Positions 36,680-46,197 of a DNA stretch of 64,000 nt are shown piece by piece. Source of the stretch: a virus. The stretch's first letter is position 1, and every line of letters begins with the position of its first letter. The notes under the pieces were generated by a model that saw nothing but the letters and a program-made list of their open reading frames with translations, was not told where the DNA came from and made no database searches. The stretch covers positions 23,201 to 87,200 of IMG/VR virus record IMGVR_UViG_3300035157_000753; one strand, written 5' to 3'. Made by a program: the position numbers and the translations under genes.

Positions 36680-36935
36680 CTAAGTCAGGCAACTTCTTTT
36701 CAACCCAATGATCCGTGTTATCAATACCAGCAGCAGTAACATAGCGCATAATATGCTCATCTATTTGATGATAGATTGGATGTAGATCCAAGTCCATATT
36801 AATATCATGTGCTATCTGTGATACTTGATCTGCTGAGAAGCAATGATCAGGATGTAATAGATCACAACACGGAATTCTTTTCTCTATTAGTTCGTTGAGA
36901 TTAATCCTAATCTCATAGTCTCTGTATACAGGCAT
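36672..36935 (-). CDS. Hypothetical protein
   Basis: 87-aa ORF. Confidence 0.65.
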   Translation of the reverse strand: MPVYRDYEIRINLNELIEKRIPCCDLLHPDHCFSADQVSQIAHDINMDLDLHPIYHQIDEHIMRYVTAAGIDNTDHWVEKKLPDLDE

Positions 36936-36981
36936 AGTATTAAAGGGTTCTAAAAGGGGTCTAGGAGACCCCTCAAGGGGT

Positions 36982-37305
36982 CTATCTAAGATAAAGGTAT
37001 GATCCCGCCCAGTCTGCTCTAGTTAGGCATTGGGCATAAGATGAATCATCTAAAAGGTTGTAGCGCACATGCTTTGCAGGTTTTGCCCATGATGCTGGTT
37101 TGTACACATCACCAGTCTTTCTATCTATGAAAGCATGTACTGATGACTGGTTATCATCCGCAGTAATCTTAATGTACTTGCGTCCTTCTTTGATGTTGAA
37201 CACGGTACCAGAGTTAGGATACTTACTGTTTACATCCTCTTGAAGGATTTGTCCAAGCTTATGCGCTCTTTCGTAAACTGTGTCAACAAATAGTGCTTTA
37301 GTCAT
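36982..37305 (-). CDS. Conserved-type phage hypothetical protein
   Basis: GRKYIKI..SVHAFID.KTGDVYKPASW.KPAKHVRYNL. Confidence 0.75.
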   Translation of the reverse strand: MTKALFVDTVYERAHKLGQILQEDVNSKYPNSGTVFNIKEGRKYIKITADDNQSSVHAFIDRKTGDVYKPASWAKPAKHVRYNLLDDSSYAQCLTRADWAGSYLYLR

Positions 37306-37328
37306 GGGGTTCCTTGATTGATATACTT

Positions 37329-37387
37329 AGTATAGTACATCATGGTGCGGATGGAAGACAATATGTGACACTCATTTAAGTGTCCTC
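37329..37387 (-). promoter_or_regulatory. Early promoter with palindromic box
   Basis: GGACACTT-N4-GAGTGTCAC, TTCCAT-16-TATACT. Confidence 0.6.
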
Positions 37388-37720
37388 ATCCTCCCAATCC
37401 TCATCCCAGTCTATGCTATCATCAGCATCTTCCCAGAATTGCTCATAACACTCCGCATCCTCCTCATCAAACATAGAGAGATGGTGGTTCAATATTATCT
37501 TACCTTCTAAGGATCCAACACTTATAGTACTATCTCCGTCATTGATACAGAACCCACGCATCAACCAACGTGTTAGTTCATGCTCTGGATATGCTTCCAT
37601 CATGAGATCAACCAACTCCTCGAACTGTTCGCGTGGAAGATGCTTGTATTCAGTCCATGGATGACCTACGTTCTCCTGCCAACACGGAGTATTTCCATCA
37701 CGAAGTTCAAGCACGATCAA
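37376..37720 (-). CDS. Hypothetical protein with acidic tail
   Basis: 114-aa ORF in operon. Confidence 0.6.
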   Translation of the reverse strand: MIVLELRDGNTPCWQENVGHPWTEYKHLPREQFEELVDLMMEAYPEHELTRWLMRGFCINDGDSTISVGSLEGKIILNHHLSMFDEEDAECYEQFWEDADDSIDWDEDWEDEDT

Positions 37721-38375
37721 ACACCTCTATTCTACCGCTTATCCACTGATGAGCATAGTTAATTAGTTCATCCTCTAGCACCATAGGTTCATTCATAAAC
37801 TCAATGAGATATCCTGGTTTCTCAAATTGTAGCACATCAAAATCATTTATGACACGTCTAGGACATCCCATGGGTAATTCTATACTACCATACATAGCAT
37901 CCTCCGTAGCAACCAGTATAGAATCAGGTCGCATGGGCATGAAGTGCGTTTCTTTATCTACCTTATGTACTTCTCTACGTAAATTTGGTATGTGGTCTGC
38001 GTCTGGATCCCATCCAACACAAATGGCACCGCAATTATTTGTCAGTGCCGTAAACCTAGTGATACCAGACACTCTCATTGATGTATGAGATCCTGGTTTA
38101 TAACGTAGATACTGCGGATATGTAGCAGTTTCGCTCATCCATACACCATCAGTGAACAGTAAGCATCTACTATGTAAGTAAAATCTTGTAAGGAATTCCC
38201 AAGGATACTTTGAAGTATCAAACATCTGCTTGATCATGTCAACATGATGTTCTTTAACATATACTTTGTGCTCTTCAGGATCATCTCCGAAGAACTTAAA
38301 AGCTTGCTGGCATCCTTTATGATATAGTACGGTGAGGTTCTCGAAAGTATCCCTCACTGTGATCGCTGGCATCAT
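37707..38375 (-). CDS. Hypothetical protein, paralogue of 38372..39091
   Basis: Shared motif series visible by eye. Confidence 0.7.
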   Translation of the reverse strand: MMPAITVRDTFENLTVLYHKGCQQAFKFFGDDPEEHKVYVKEHHVDMIKQMFDTSKYPWEFLTRFYLHSRCLLFTDGVWMSETATYPQYLRYKPGSHTSMRVSGITRFTALTNNCGAICVGWDPDADHIPNLRREVHKVDKETHFMPMRPDSILVATEDAMYGSIELPMGCPRRVINDFDVLQFEKPGYLIEFMNEPMVLEDELINYAHQWISGRIEVFDRA

Positions 38376-39091
38376 CTATCTACAATTTCAATAAGACCAT
38401 CTTCGATTTGTTGTAACCATGTCCTACCAAATTCAGCAACGTCTGGTTCTTCTCTTGTAAACTCTATCACTATTGTGGGTTTGTCTACTGTGATTTGAAC
38501 CATTGTTGGATCTGATATAGCAAATGGAAAGTGTTGTGCTAATTTCTGTTGATTATACCAACAGTCATGCATAGGTACTAGTATACTACCATTTCCTGCT
38601 GGTGTAAAGGCCCCATTCTTCTCATAGAAGTATACTCTTCTATTAGTGGCATGTAAATCCTCAAATCCCTGACATGAGACTACACCACCCTCCTCTTCAG
38701 ATATTAATCTTGCAAGACCTGGGAATCTAAAATGCGTGTATGCACCATTGTGATACACAAAAGATTTATGTGCGGGACGCAAACTGTCACTCTTCCATGT
38801 ACTTCCGAACATGACAGTTCTATGATGTACTTGTAATGTCTTACCGAATTCTCTTATTAAATCCTCATTCTTAGCAACGATCCCTTTCTTATTATTCTTA
38901 ATATGATCTGCAAGGACATCACTCTGTGTGAACAGAGGTATCTCTTTAAAAGGATCTGGATCGTTACCGAATATCTTTTTACCTTTACGTGCGTCTGTAG
39001 TACTAAAGACTGTTAACCCATGAGAAGTAATACTCCTACCAAAGGAGTACTGTGCTATCCTTGAGTCCTGAGTTTCTGCAAATTGATACAT
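38372..39091 (-). CDS. Hypothetical protein, paralogue of 37707..38375
   Basis: Shared motif series visible by eye. Confidence 0.7.
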   Translation of the reverse strand: MYQFAETQDSRIAQYSFGRSITSHGLTVFSTTDARKGKKIFGNDPDPFKEIPLFTQSDVLADHIKNNKKGIVAKNEDLIREFGKTLQVHHRTVMFGSTWKSDSLRPAHKSFVYHNGAYTHFRFPGLARLISEEEGGVVSCQGFEDLHATNRRVYFYEKNGAFTPAGNGSILVPMHDCWYNQQKLAQHFPFAISDPTMVQITVDKPTIVIEFTREEPDVAEFGRTWLQQIEDGLIEIVDR

Positions 39092-39094
39092 TGC

Positions 39095-39601
39095 CTACTC
39101 CTCAGTTGCGGCATCTTCTTCTGCTAGTGCTTGTGTAAGTGCTTCAAACTGAAGGTCGAAGTCATCTTCATTATAAACATTAACAACTTGGGTTGTGTTT
39201 ATTGCACCAACAACAGGATCAACATGAGTAGAATCTGCTCTTGCTACTGCTTCTCTATGGCGCATCAAATCTTCCATAGGAACTACTTGTTCCGTATCAA
39301 TAATATTATTGAGAGCAATAAGAGTACCAGACATATCACACTCTTCTAATTGATTGTTCTTAACTGCCTGATATACTGCTTCAGCAATCTGAAATCTTAA
39401 TGGTTCCTTATCTTCAGGTTCTAATGAATCTAGATCCATAGGAATAGGTCCATACCATTCATCATTCTTCAATGTCCCATCATTATAGAACACCTCAAAT
39501 GTATTGTCTTCTGGATTGAAGTTAGTTGCTTTATAAGTTGGAGCTACATCAGCGTCCAATCTAAATTGTACGTCGATGTTCTCGACATTTGTTGTAGTCA
39601 T
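39095..39601 (-). CDS. Acidic hypothetical protein (possible fibre-associated chaperone)
   Basis: Translationally coupled to the adhesin gene. Confidence 0.6.
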   Translation of the reverse strand: MTTTNVENIDVQFRLDADVAPTYKATNFNPEDNTFEVFYNDGTLKNDEWYGPIPMDLDSLEPEDKEPLRFQIAEAVYQAVKNNQLEECDMSGTLIALNNIIDTEQVVPMEDLMRHREAVARADSTHVDPVVGAINTTQVVNVYNEDDFDLQFEALTQALAEEDAATEE

Positions 39602-40611
39602 TAGTTTACTTGTCCACCGTTGATTGTACCAGAGGTCAACTTGTTTATATAGGAGACTCCATCAATAGCATTTCCACCAGAGCCAGGTGTTCCTCTTCCA
39701 GATCCACCTTGAGCAGTGGATCCCCATCCACCACCTCTACCTCCTGATTTTGAACCACATCCTGAAGCTCCCCCACCATTTCCTGGTGCGTTTACGGAAC
39801 CACTCTGCCCATTGTTTCCTCCTGTTCCTCTCTGTCCTCCTGGATAGCCAATACCACCACCTCCACCGCCTCCTTGTGACGTTGAGAAATTTTGATATGT
39901 TGCTTGACACTGACTTCCCTTCATACAACCATATTGTCCTGTATTCTGATATGTACATTGCCCACCACGGCCACCGCCGCCGCCTCCACCGCCGCCAGCG
40001 ATTTGACCATTATTGATCAGAAGAGATTCTTCTCTTACATATAATGCAGTTTGTCCGTTCTGTCCACCATTGGTATTAGATGTATTTTGTCCAGCTGAAC
40101 CATTACCACCTTTACCCATTATACGTCTACCACCACCAACAACAATTAGTACCTTAGATCCACCAGTTATATTAGGTATAGTTACATTTCTCTGCCATGA
40201 ATTTATATACACAACACCATAAACATCAGCACCACCTTGAGTATTATATCCAGAATATGATAGGGCAGTATCTAAATCAAATGTATAACTATCAGCTGCT
40301 ATTGTGTTATAAGATCCTGTTTGTAGATCATCAGTATTAGATCCTGTACATTCCATCCATCTAGTATTAACTGTCTTAGCTGATGAACCTGAGTTATTAT
40401 TATTCAGATCAAATTGAAATCTATACACATTACCTTTATGTACTTCTCTCCAAGTACCACCACTCTTAATATAATGTTGCTTAGCTCTTCTCCAAGTACC
40501 ACCACTATCTTTAGCGTGGATAGAATGAGTTGGTTCCCAACTATTACTCCTTTTTATCCATGCATTACCACCAAGTAGCTCTGCATATTGATTAGAATAA
40601 GGTAATCCCAT
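39601..40611 (-). CDS. Glycine-rich receptor-binding adhesin (T2/S16 gp38-like)
   Basis: IMGKGGNG, INNGQIAGGGGGGGGG, GGGGGGG.G and G.GG.AI polyglycine motifs; follows the tail fibre. Confidence 0.75.
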   Translation of the reverse strand: MGLPYSNQYAELLGGNAWIKRSNSWEPTHSIHAKDSGGTWRRAKQHYIKSGGTWREVHKGNVYRFQFDLNNNNSGSSAKTVNTRWMECTGSNTDDLQTGSYNTIAADSYTFDLDTALSYSGYNTQGGADVYGVVYINSWQRNVTIPNITGGSKVLIVVGGGRRIMGKGGNGSAGQNTSNTNGGQNGQTALYVREESLLINNGQIAGGGGGGGGGRGGQCTYQNTGQYGCMKGSQCQATYQNFSTSQGGGGGGGIGYPGGQRGTGGNNGQSGSVNAPGNGGGASGCGSKSGGRGGGWGSTAQGGSGRGTPGSGGNAIDGVSYINKLTSGTINGGQVN

Positions 40612-43600
40612 TAGTATCTATACCAAACATCTCCATTTGAACCACCAGAAGGTGCATTTGTACTTATCCATCTTCTACCGTATGCATTTGATTCATCACC
40701 GATAGAAAATGTAACTCCACCTGTAGTTGAGTTAACAGATCCATCGTGGAAACCTGAAGGATTAGCAAATGATGTTACACCACTGTTACTAATAGTGATA
40801 GAGTTTGCACCATTAGAAATACCAATACCTGAACCTTGAGTAATAGTTGCTTTAGCAAATCCACTCGCAGAACCAATCAATAATTGACCGTTTGATAGTG
40901 TGTTTGTATTTATTCCAGTACCACCATACTGTCTACTGATCGTAGTTGCATTCCAAGTACCTGTTGTAATAGTACCAACAGTAGCAAGACTAGATGCAGA
41001 TGTTAATGATCCGAGAGAATCTATTGCTGATTCTATAGTAGCTTCAGTAGTAGCATCAAGAGCATCAATACCCTTTAATGTGCATGTACCAGAACTATCA
41101 GATATACAATTTGTACTACCAACTGTTAGATCTCCTCCTCCAATGGTGAAGTCACCATTTATTTCAAGAGTATTTCTTATAGTAGTTGTACCAGTCGTAG
41201 CACCAATTTGAACATCAGTAGCAGCACCACCAATATTCAATGTTGTTGCAGTAGTTTGAATTAAGTTGAAGGTTGTCTGGTTAGTAGTAATATCACCACC
41301 ATTAACAGCTATGTCATTGCTGAATGTAGCAACATCAGTAACACCTAGTGTACCACCTAAAGTAGTGGCACCTGTTCCAACTTGTAAGGTTCCTAAGTTG
41401 TTAATCTTAAGACCTAGGTTGTTACTCAATTCTAGATCACCAGTACTAGCAGTAGTACCACTACCACCAGTAATGGACATGTTACCAGTATCACTTAATC
41501 CAAACTTAACCCAGTTACCACCTAGATATGCACTACCTAGATATCCTCCTCGTGTTGGATTCTCAAGTAATTTCCAGTCACCTGTAGCACCTTGTGTAGT
41601 ATTTGATGGGTCAGTACCTAAAACATCAATATTCTTTTGTGATTCAGATGCAGTACCAATAGTAATATCAGCAACTGTCATCTCAGAATTAAAGGTTGAT
41701 AGTCCTTCTACCCTGAATTTACCTCTAATTTCAGTCTCAAGACTGTTAGATTCAACAGTAATCTTATCCCTAACAATGATCTCATCATAGGTAGGACGTA
41801 AGTTTGCAGTCTCACCAACAATGGATAGTGTAGGAGTATCAAGGTTTGCTTCTTCACCAGTAACAGAACTAACCTTAGTATTACCAATGAATAGGTCACC
41901 ATTACTATTAAGTCCAGAGTAGAATGCAATACCTCCATTCTCTTTCTGTGACTGTGAAACAAGAACTTCAGGTTCAGTTAGAACTCTATTCTGTACTGAA
42001 GGTAGACCAGTTGAGTAGTTACCTGGACCATAACCAACATATTCAAATGTATGGTTACCAGATCTTAGAATACTTGGTCGTCTAAGTTCAGTATCAGTAC
42101 CACCTGTTGCATTAACAGGTATCATTCTTACTGCTTGATCTAACTCAGTTGCATCACCATCTCTTGCTTCAAGAGTAATAAAGTTTGCTTGCTGAGGATC
42201 ATTTGTGTTTGCATTGGTATAATTATTTCTTGATTCTTCAATGAAATCACCAATTGATTCTTTAGTGATGGATAATGTCTTATCCTGAAGTCCTGTGTTA
42301 TTATCAGTTGTTGTTACTAAACCAATGGTAGTATTACTTGCAGCAGATGTTGCTTCACCTGGATCCTCTGTTGGGTTATCCTTATCTAAAGTAGGATATA
42401 AGTCATTAATATTTTGAGAGAATGAGAATGCATCAACACTAGCATTAGTTGGAGATACACTACCTTTCAATACAGTACAATAATAGATACCATTTTGTAC
42501 TGACTTCTTAAGTTCCTTCTCTATTTCAATGTCATAGATGTAATAAACATCACCATATGACTGACCAGTAGGTACGTTTCTAGGCTGAATAATATAACCA
42601 TTGATAGGATCTCTTTGTAGATCAACTGAACTATCTACAACATAACGCAATCTGTATGTTCTATCCCTAGAAGTTCTATTATCAGGAACACGTCTCATGT
42701 ATCCTGCACCAGTGAATAGTGAATTGGTATAGAAGTTATCATCAGCAAGATGATAATGAATACCCTTATATCCAGTGGTTGCAGATGCATTCTGTGAACC
42801 AGATGTAGCTGCAGTAACTCTTAAATACCAGTTACCTAATGTTGCATCCCATTGTATTGGATGATTTGGATCTCCAGCAACGTATGAATTTGCAGTAACA
42901 GCAGTAAATACACTATCAGCTGGTGTAGTACTACCATCAGGTGTAATTAATGCAGCAAATACGGTTGGTGCAGAGTTATTATTAGAATCTATAAGAGATA
43001 CTAATATTTTATCCTGTATTCTAGCACCAATATTGAAACCTTGTAATTTATATGGTGGTTTGGTTGCTTGTGATGTATATCCATAGAGATATAATCTTGT
43101 GTCTACAGCACCAATATGAGCCCATGTAACACTACCATCAACAGCAGAACCACTAGTATGATTCGGACCAGATCCAACAGTATTAGTTTGTCCACCAGCA
43201 ACAGTATAATATGCCTGTCCACTGTTTACACATGTTGATCCAGCAGCAATAGTCTGGTTTAATCCCCATGCTGTATTATTTCTTTCAGCATTTTGTTGTG
43301 TTTTTTGTACATCAAAAGCAACATAACCAACAGGAATTTCATTAACAACACCTTTCCATACACTTAAACCAGTAGCAGTTGATCCACGATAACCTCTATT
43401 TAAGGTTAACTGACCACTAGTTCCATTAACAGCAGTTACCTTATATGCTTCTTGAGCATCAGATTGTATGAATTTAATATAATCACCAGCTGCTATACCA
43501 TGACCATCATTGTTCTGAACACATGCAACAATCCAATTATTTTCTGTAGCATTAAAGGTATATGATCCAACAGCACCATATGTTCTTGCTAACTTTTTAG

Positions 43601-45182
43601 GTGGAATAACATGAGTTATCTTACCAGCCTTATCCTGTGTAAATGGTGATCCCTTAAATCCTTTTGCTCTTAATGCACAAGATCCAAAGTTACTGTTAGA
43701 GTTAGTAATTGACTGGTCACCACCACTTAGGGCTACGAAATGATCAGCGAATCCAACAGCGAACACTGATACTGCCTGTATAACAGCATCATTTGAACAT
43801 TTTACATGGAAGTTTCTATATGCAGCTTTAAATATACTATCTCCATCAGTGTGGCCACCTGCTTCATATGCAGATCCATTCCACTTGATGAATGCGTTAT
43901 CATCTTTCTGTAGTGATACACCAGTAAACTGAGCAACAACCATGGATTTGAATCCAGTTGCTTTACTACCATCAGCGTGCATACCACAGGTTCCCCAAGT
44001 AGATCTTAGAGAACAGTTGAATATGTATGGTGATGATGAATCTACGTTATCAACTTCTACCTGAACTTGGCAACTATCTGTTGTTGGGTTACCAGATGGT
44101 GCACCTGATCCAGGATCTTTAATGATGTATCTGAATTTAGTTGGTGATACAACCTCACTAACAAAATATGATCCATTAAATCTTGTAGCATCAGTTCCTG
44201 TTACACCACTAATAAGAATAGGAGTACCAACAGATAGATTATGATTAGTTGTTGTAGTTACCTGAGCAGTTGTTGTGAATACGTTCACATTAACATAGTC
44301 AGTTATAATACCACTAGATGCTGTATTAGCAATAGTTACAGGTCCAGCTAAGTTAGGACCAACAATTCTATTTTCTTCTATTCTTGCTTGTAATTCATCA
44401 GCACTTTGTGTACCAGTAGCATCAGGAATATCAGCATATGCCTTAGCAATCTTCTGATAGTATAACTCTAGATCATTCTCTGTTAATGCTTGACCATCAG
44501 TTCCAGTAATACCTGCCTGTATATTATTACCATCAGCATACTCAAAACAACATAGTTTATGGTGAGAGAATGTTGGTGGTGATGATGCAGATGGCTGTGC
44601 AGGATCTTTATATACACCTGTAGAAGGTCCATCAAAGAAACTAAATTGCCAGAAATAGCAACCACCAGTTACCCTGAAGATTGCAGATCTATCAATAGCA
44701 CCAGCTTCAGGATCAGGAATATATAATGGTCTAATCTTAGTCTTTCTAAGATCCATACCAACAAGTGATGTACCTCTAGGTACAATAATTCCACCCTCTA
44801 CAGAGTTGAATCTATAGAGAACATTGTTTGGATTAGGATTACCACTAGCATCTGTTAAATCAAAGTTAGTGGATGAACTTAATTCTGTAATATCTGCAGG
44901 TAAATAAGCATTACCTGAAGTATTTGTGCCTGGTCTATTATCTACAAGATAATCACCAGGATATAATACGATAGTAAATGATTCATAAGCATCATTAAAT
45001 TGACCAGCCCTATAAGAAAATCTGGCAGATTCTATTAGTGCCCTTTGTATAGTTTTAAAAGGACGGTTAGGAGAGTTACCTCTATTGTCAAATGAGTCAG
45101 ATGCATCAAAATCATCAGGGTTGACATATAGGCAACGGCCAGTTTTTGATGTAAAGACGTTCTTAAGTCTGGTTAGTGCCAT
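40611..45182 (-). CDS. Long tail fibre-like structural protein
   Basis: 1523 aa; MALTRLKN, RPFKTIQRAL, ELRRPSILRSGNHTFEYVGYGPGNYSTGLP; ends PSGGSNGDVWYRY. Confidence 0.8.
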   Translation of the reverse strand: MALTRLKNVFTSKTGRCLYVNPDDFDASDSFDNRGNSPNRPFKTIQRALIESARFSYRAGQFNDAYESFTIVLYPGDYLVDNRPGTNTSGNAYLPADITELSSSTNFDLTDASGNPNPNNVLYRFNSVEGGIIVPRGTSLVGMDLRKTKIRPLYIPDPEAGAIDRSAIFRVTGGCYFWQFSFFDGPSTGVYKDPAQPSASSPPTFSHHKLCCFEYADGNNIQAGITGTDGQALTENDLELYYQKIAKAYADIPDATGTQSADELQARIEENRIVGPNLAGPVTIANTASSGIITDYVNVNVFTTTAQVTTTTNHNLSVGTPILISGVTGTDATRFNGSYFVSEVVSPTKFRYIIKDPGSGAPSGNPTTDSCQVQVEVDNVDSSSPYIFNCSLRSTWGTCGMHADGSKATGFKSMVVAQFTGVSLQKDDNAFIKWNGSAYEAGGHTDGDSIFKAAYRNFHVKCSNDAVIQAVSVFAVGFADHFVALSGGDQSITNSNSNFGSCALRAKGFKGSPFTQDKAGKITHVIPPKKLARTYGAVGSYTFNATENNWIVACVQNNDGHGIAAGDYIKFIQSDAQEAYKVTAVNGTSGQLTLNRGYRGSTATGLSVWKGVVNEIPVGYVAFDVQKTQQNAERNNTAWGLNQTIAAGSTCVNSGQAYYTVAGGQTNTVGSGPNHTSGSAVDGSVTWAHIGAVDTRLYLYGYTSQATKPPYKLQGFNIGARIQDKILVSLIDSNNNSAPTVFAALITPDGSTTPADSVFTAVTANSYVAGDPNHPIQWDATLGNWYLRVTAATSGSQNASATTGYKGIHYHLADDNFYTNSLFTGAGYMRRVPDNRTSRDRTYRLRYVVDSSVDLQRDPINGYIIQPRNVPTGQSYGDVYYIYDIEIEKELKKSVQNGIYYCTVLKGSVSPTNASVDAFSFSQNINDLYPTLDKDNPTEDPGEATSAASNTTIGLVTTTDNNTGLQDKTLSITKESIGDFIEESRNNYTNANTNDPQQANFITLEARDGDATELDQAVRMIPVNATGGTDTELRRPSILRSGNHTFEYVGYGPGNYSTGLPSVQNRVLTEPEVLVSQSQKENGGIAFYSGLNSNGDLFIGNTKVSSVTGEEANLDTPTLSIVGETANLRPTYDEIIVRDKITVESNSLETEIRGKFRVEGLSTFNSEMTVADITIGTASESQKNIDVLGTDPSNTTQGATGDWKLLENPTRGGYLGSAYLGGNWVKFGLSDTGNMSITGGSGTTASTGDLELSNNLGLKINNLGTLQVGTGATTLGGTLGVTDVATFSNDIAVNGGDITTNQTTFNLIQTTATTLNIGGAATDVQIGATTGTTTIRNTLEINGDFTIGGGDLTVGSTNCISDSSGTCTLKGIDALDATTEATIESAIDSLGSLTSASSLATVGTITTGTWNATTISRQYGGTGINTNTLSNGQLLIGSASGFAKATITQGSGIGISNGANSITISNSGVTSFANPSGFHDGSVNSTTGGVTFSIGDESNAYGRRWISTNAPSGGSNGDVWYRY

Positions 45183-45199
45183 CTTTTACTATCTCTATG

Positions 45200-46192
45200 T
45201 TATGAAGGAATTTCAGCAGTATCTTCAAATCCAATTAGAGTTGCAGATACAGCAGCAGTTGATTTAACATAAAGTGATTGATAAGTACCAAGTACTAATC
45301 CTGTCAATTCAAAAGTTTTTTGGTTATCAATGGATACATTACGAGCAATATATTGTGATGTTTCAACATCACGAACTGCAGAAATTAACAGTTCAGTACC
45401 AGCAGCATCAATAAATTCTGTTGCAGGAGTTGTATTACCAGCAGCAGCATACCTATTTTGTGTAGTAGCTACTGGTGCATTATTAAATGCAGTAGACTTC
45501 GCAGCACTGTTGTTGTTCTCAGCAACAACCTCAGTATTGATGTCATAGATGTTCTTATAGTTGATATTATTTTTATACTCATAGTTTTGGAAGTATACTA
45601 CTCCAAGTTGTGAGTCATAATACCTAACTCTACCTGACCACCCATCAGTTCCACCAGTACCAGCATAAGAAGGACCAGCAGATATTGTTCCACCATTTGC
45701 TCCTGTTACAGTAGTATCACCTGGAAGATCAAGTCCCTTTGGATGGCTCATGTTCCTTAACCAAAGTTTGCTGTTACCAGAATCCCAAAGTTCAACAATG
45801 GCAGTCTGTGCAGTAGGAGTAAGTCCACTATTCGTCCAACTGACAGTCTCACCTGGTGTAAATGATCCCGTAACACCACCACCTTCTATTACAACTGAAG
45901 TTGTGTATGAAAACTCAGGAAATGAAAATGCACTAAAGGTAGATGGTGCACCTGGTTGGTTACCTGGTGCATCTAGTTGCAATGCTTGAGTTTGTTCAGT
46001 TACTGCAATATCTACAGTAGCTGCACTACCAGTATTATTAGCAATTATTAATTTACCACTCATCAGAGTAGCACCAGGACATGTATAAATGTTGAATCCC
46101 TGAGTTGCAGTTGCAGAAGTTGTTCTTGAATTTGAGTACGGGGTAACGGATGGGGTGAAGTTTGCCAGTACTCCGACTTGTTTGACGGCCAT
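45200..46192 (-). CDS. Virion structural protein
   Basis: 330 aa, Gly/Thr-rich, in a late operon. Confidence 0.7.
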   Translation of the reverse strand: MAVKQVGVLANFTPSVTPYSNSRTTSATATQGFNIYTCPGATLMSGKLIIANNTGSAATVDIAVTEQTQALQLDAPGNQPGAPSTFSAFSFPEFSYTTSVVIEGGGVTGSFTPGETVSWTNSGLTPTAQTAIVELWDSGNSKLWLRNMSHPKGLDLPGDTTVTGANGGTISAGPSYAGTGGTDGWSGRVRYYDSQLGVVYFQNYEYKNNINYKNIYDINTEVVAENNNSAAKSTAFNNAPVATTQNRYAAAGNTTPATEFIDAAGTELLISAVRDVETSQYIARNVSIDNQKTFELTGLVLGTYQSLYVKSTAAVSATLIGFEDTAEIPS

Positions 46193-46197
46193 GAGTT

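Noticed and set aside
39960-40000. GC-rich (GCC)n-like run
   Set aside because: Encodes the polyglycine tract of the adhesin
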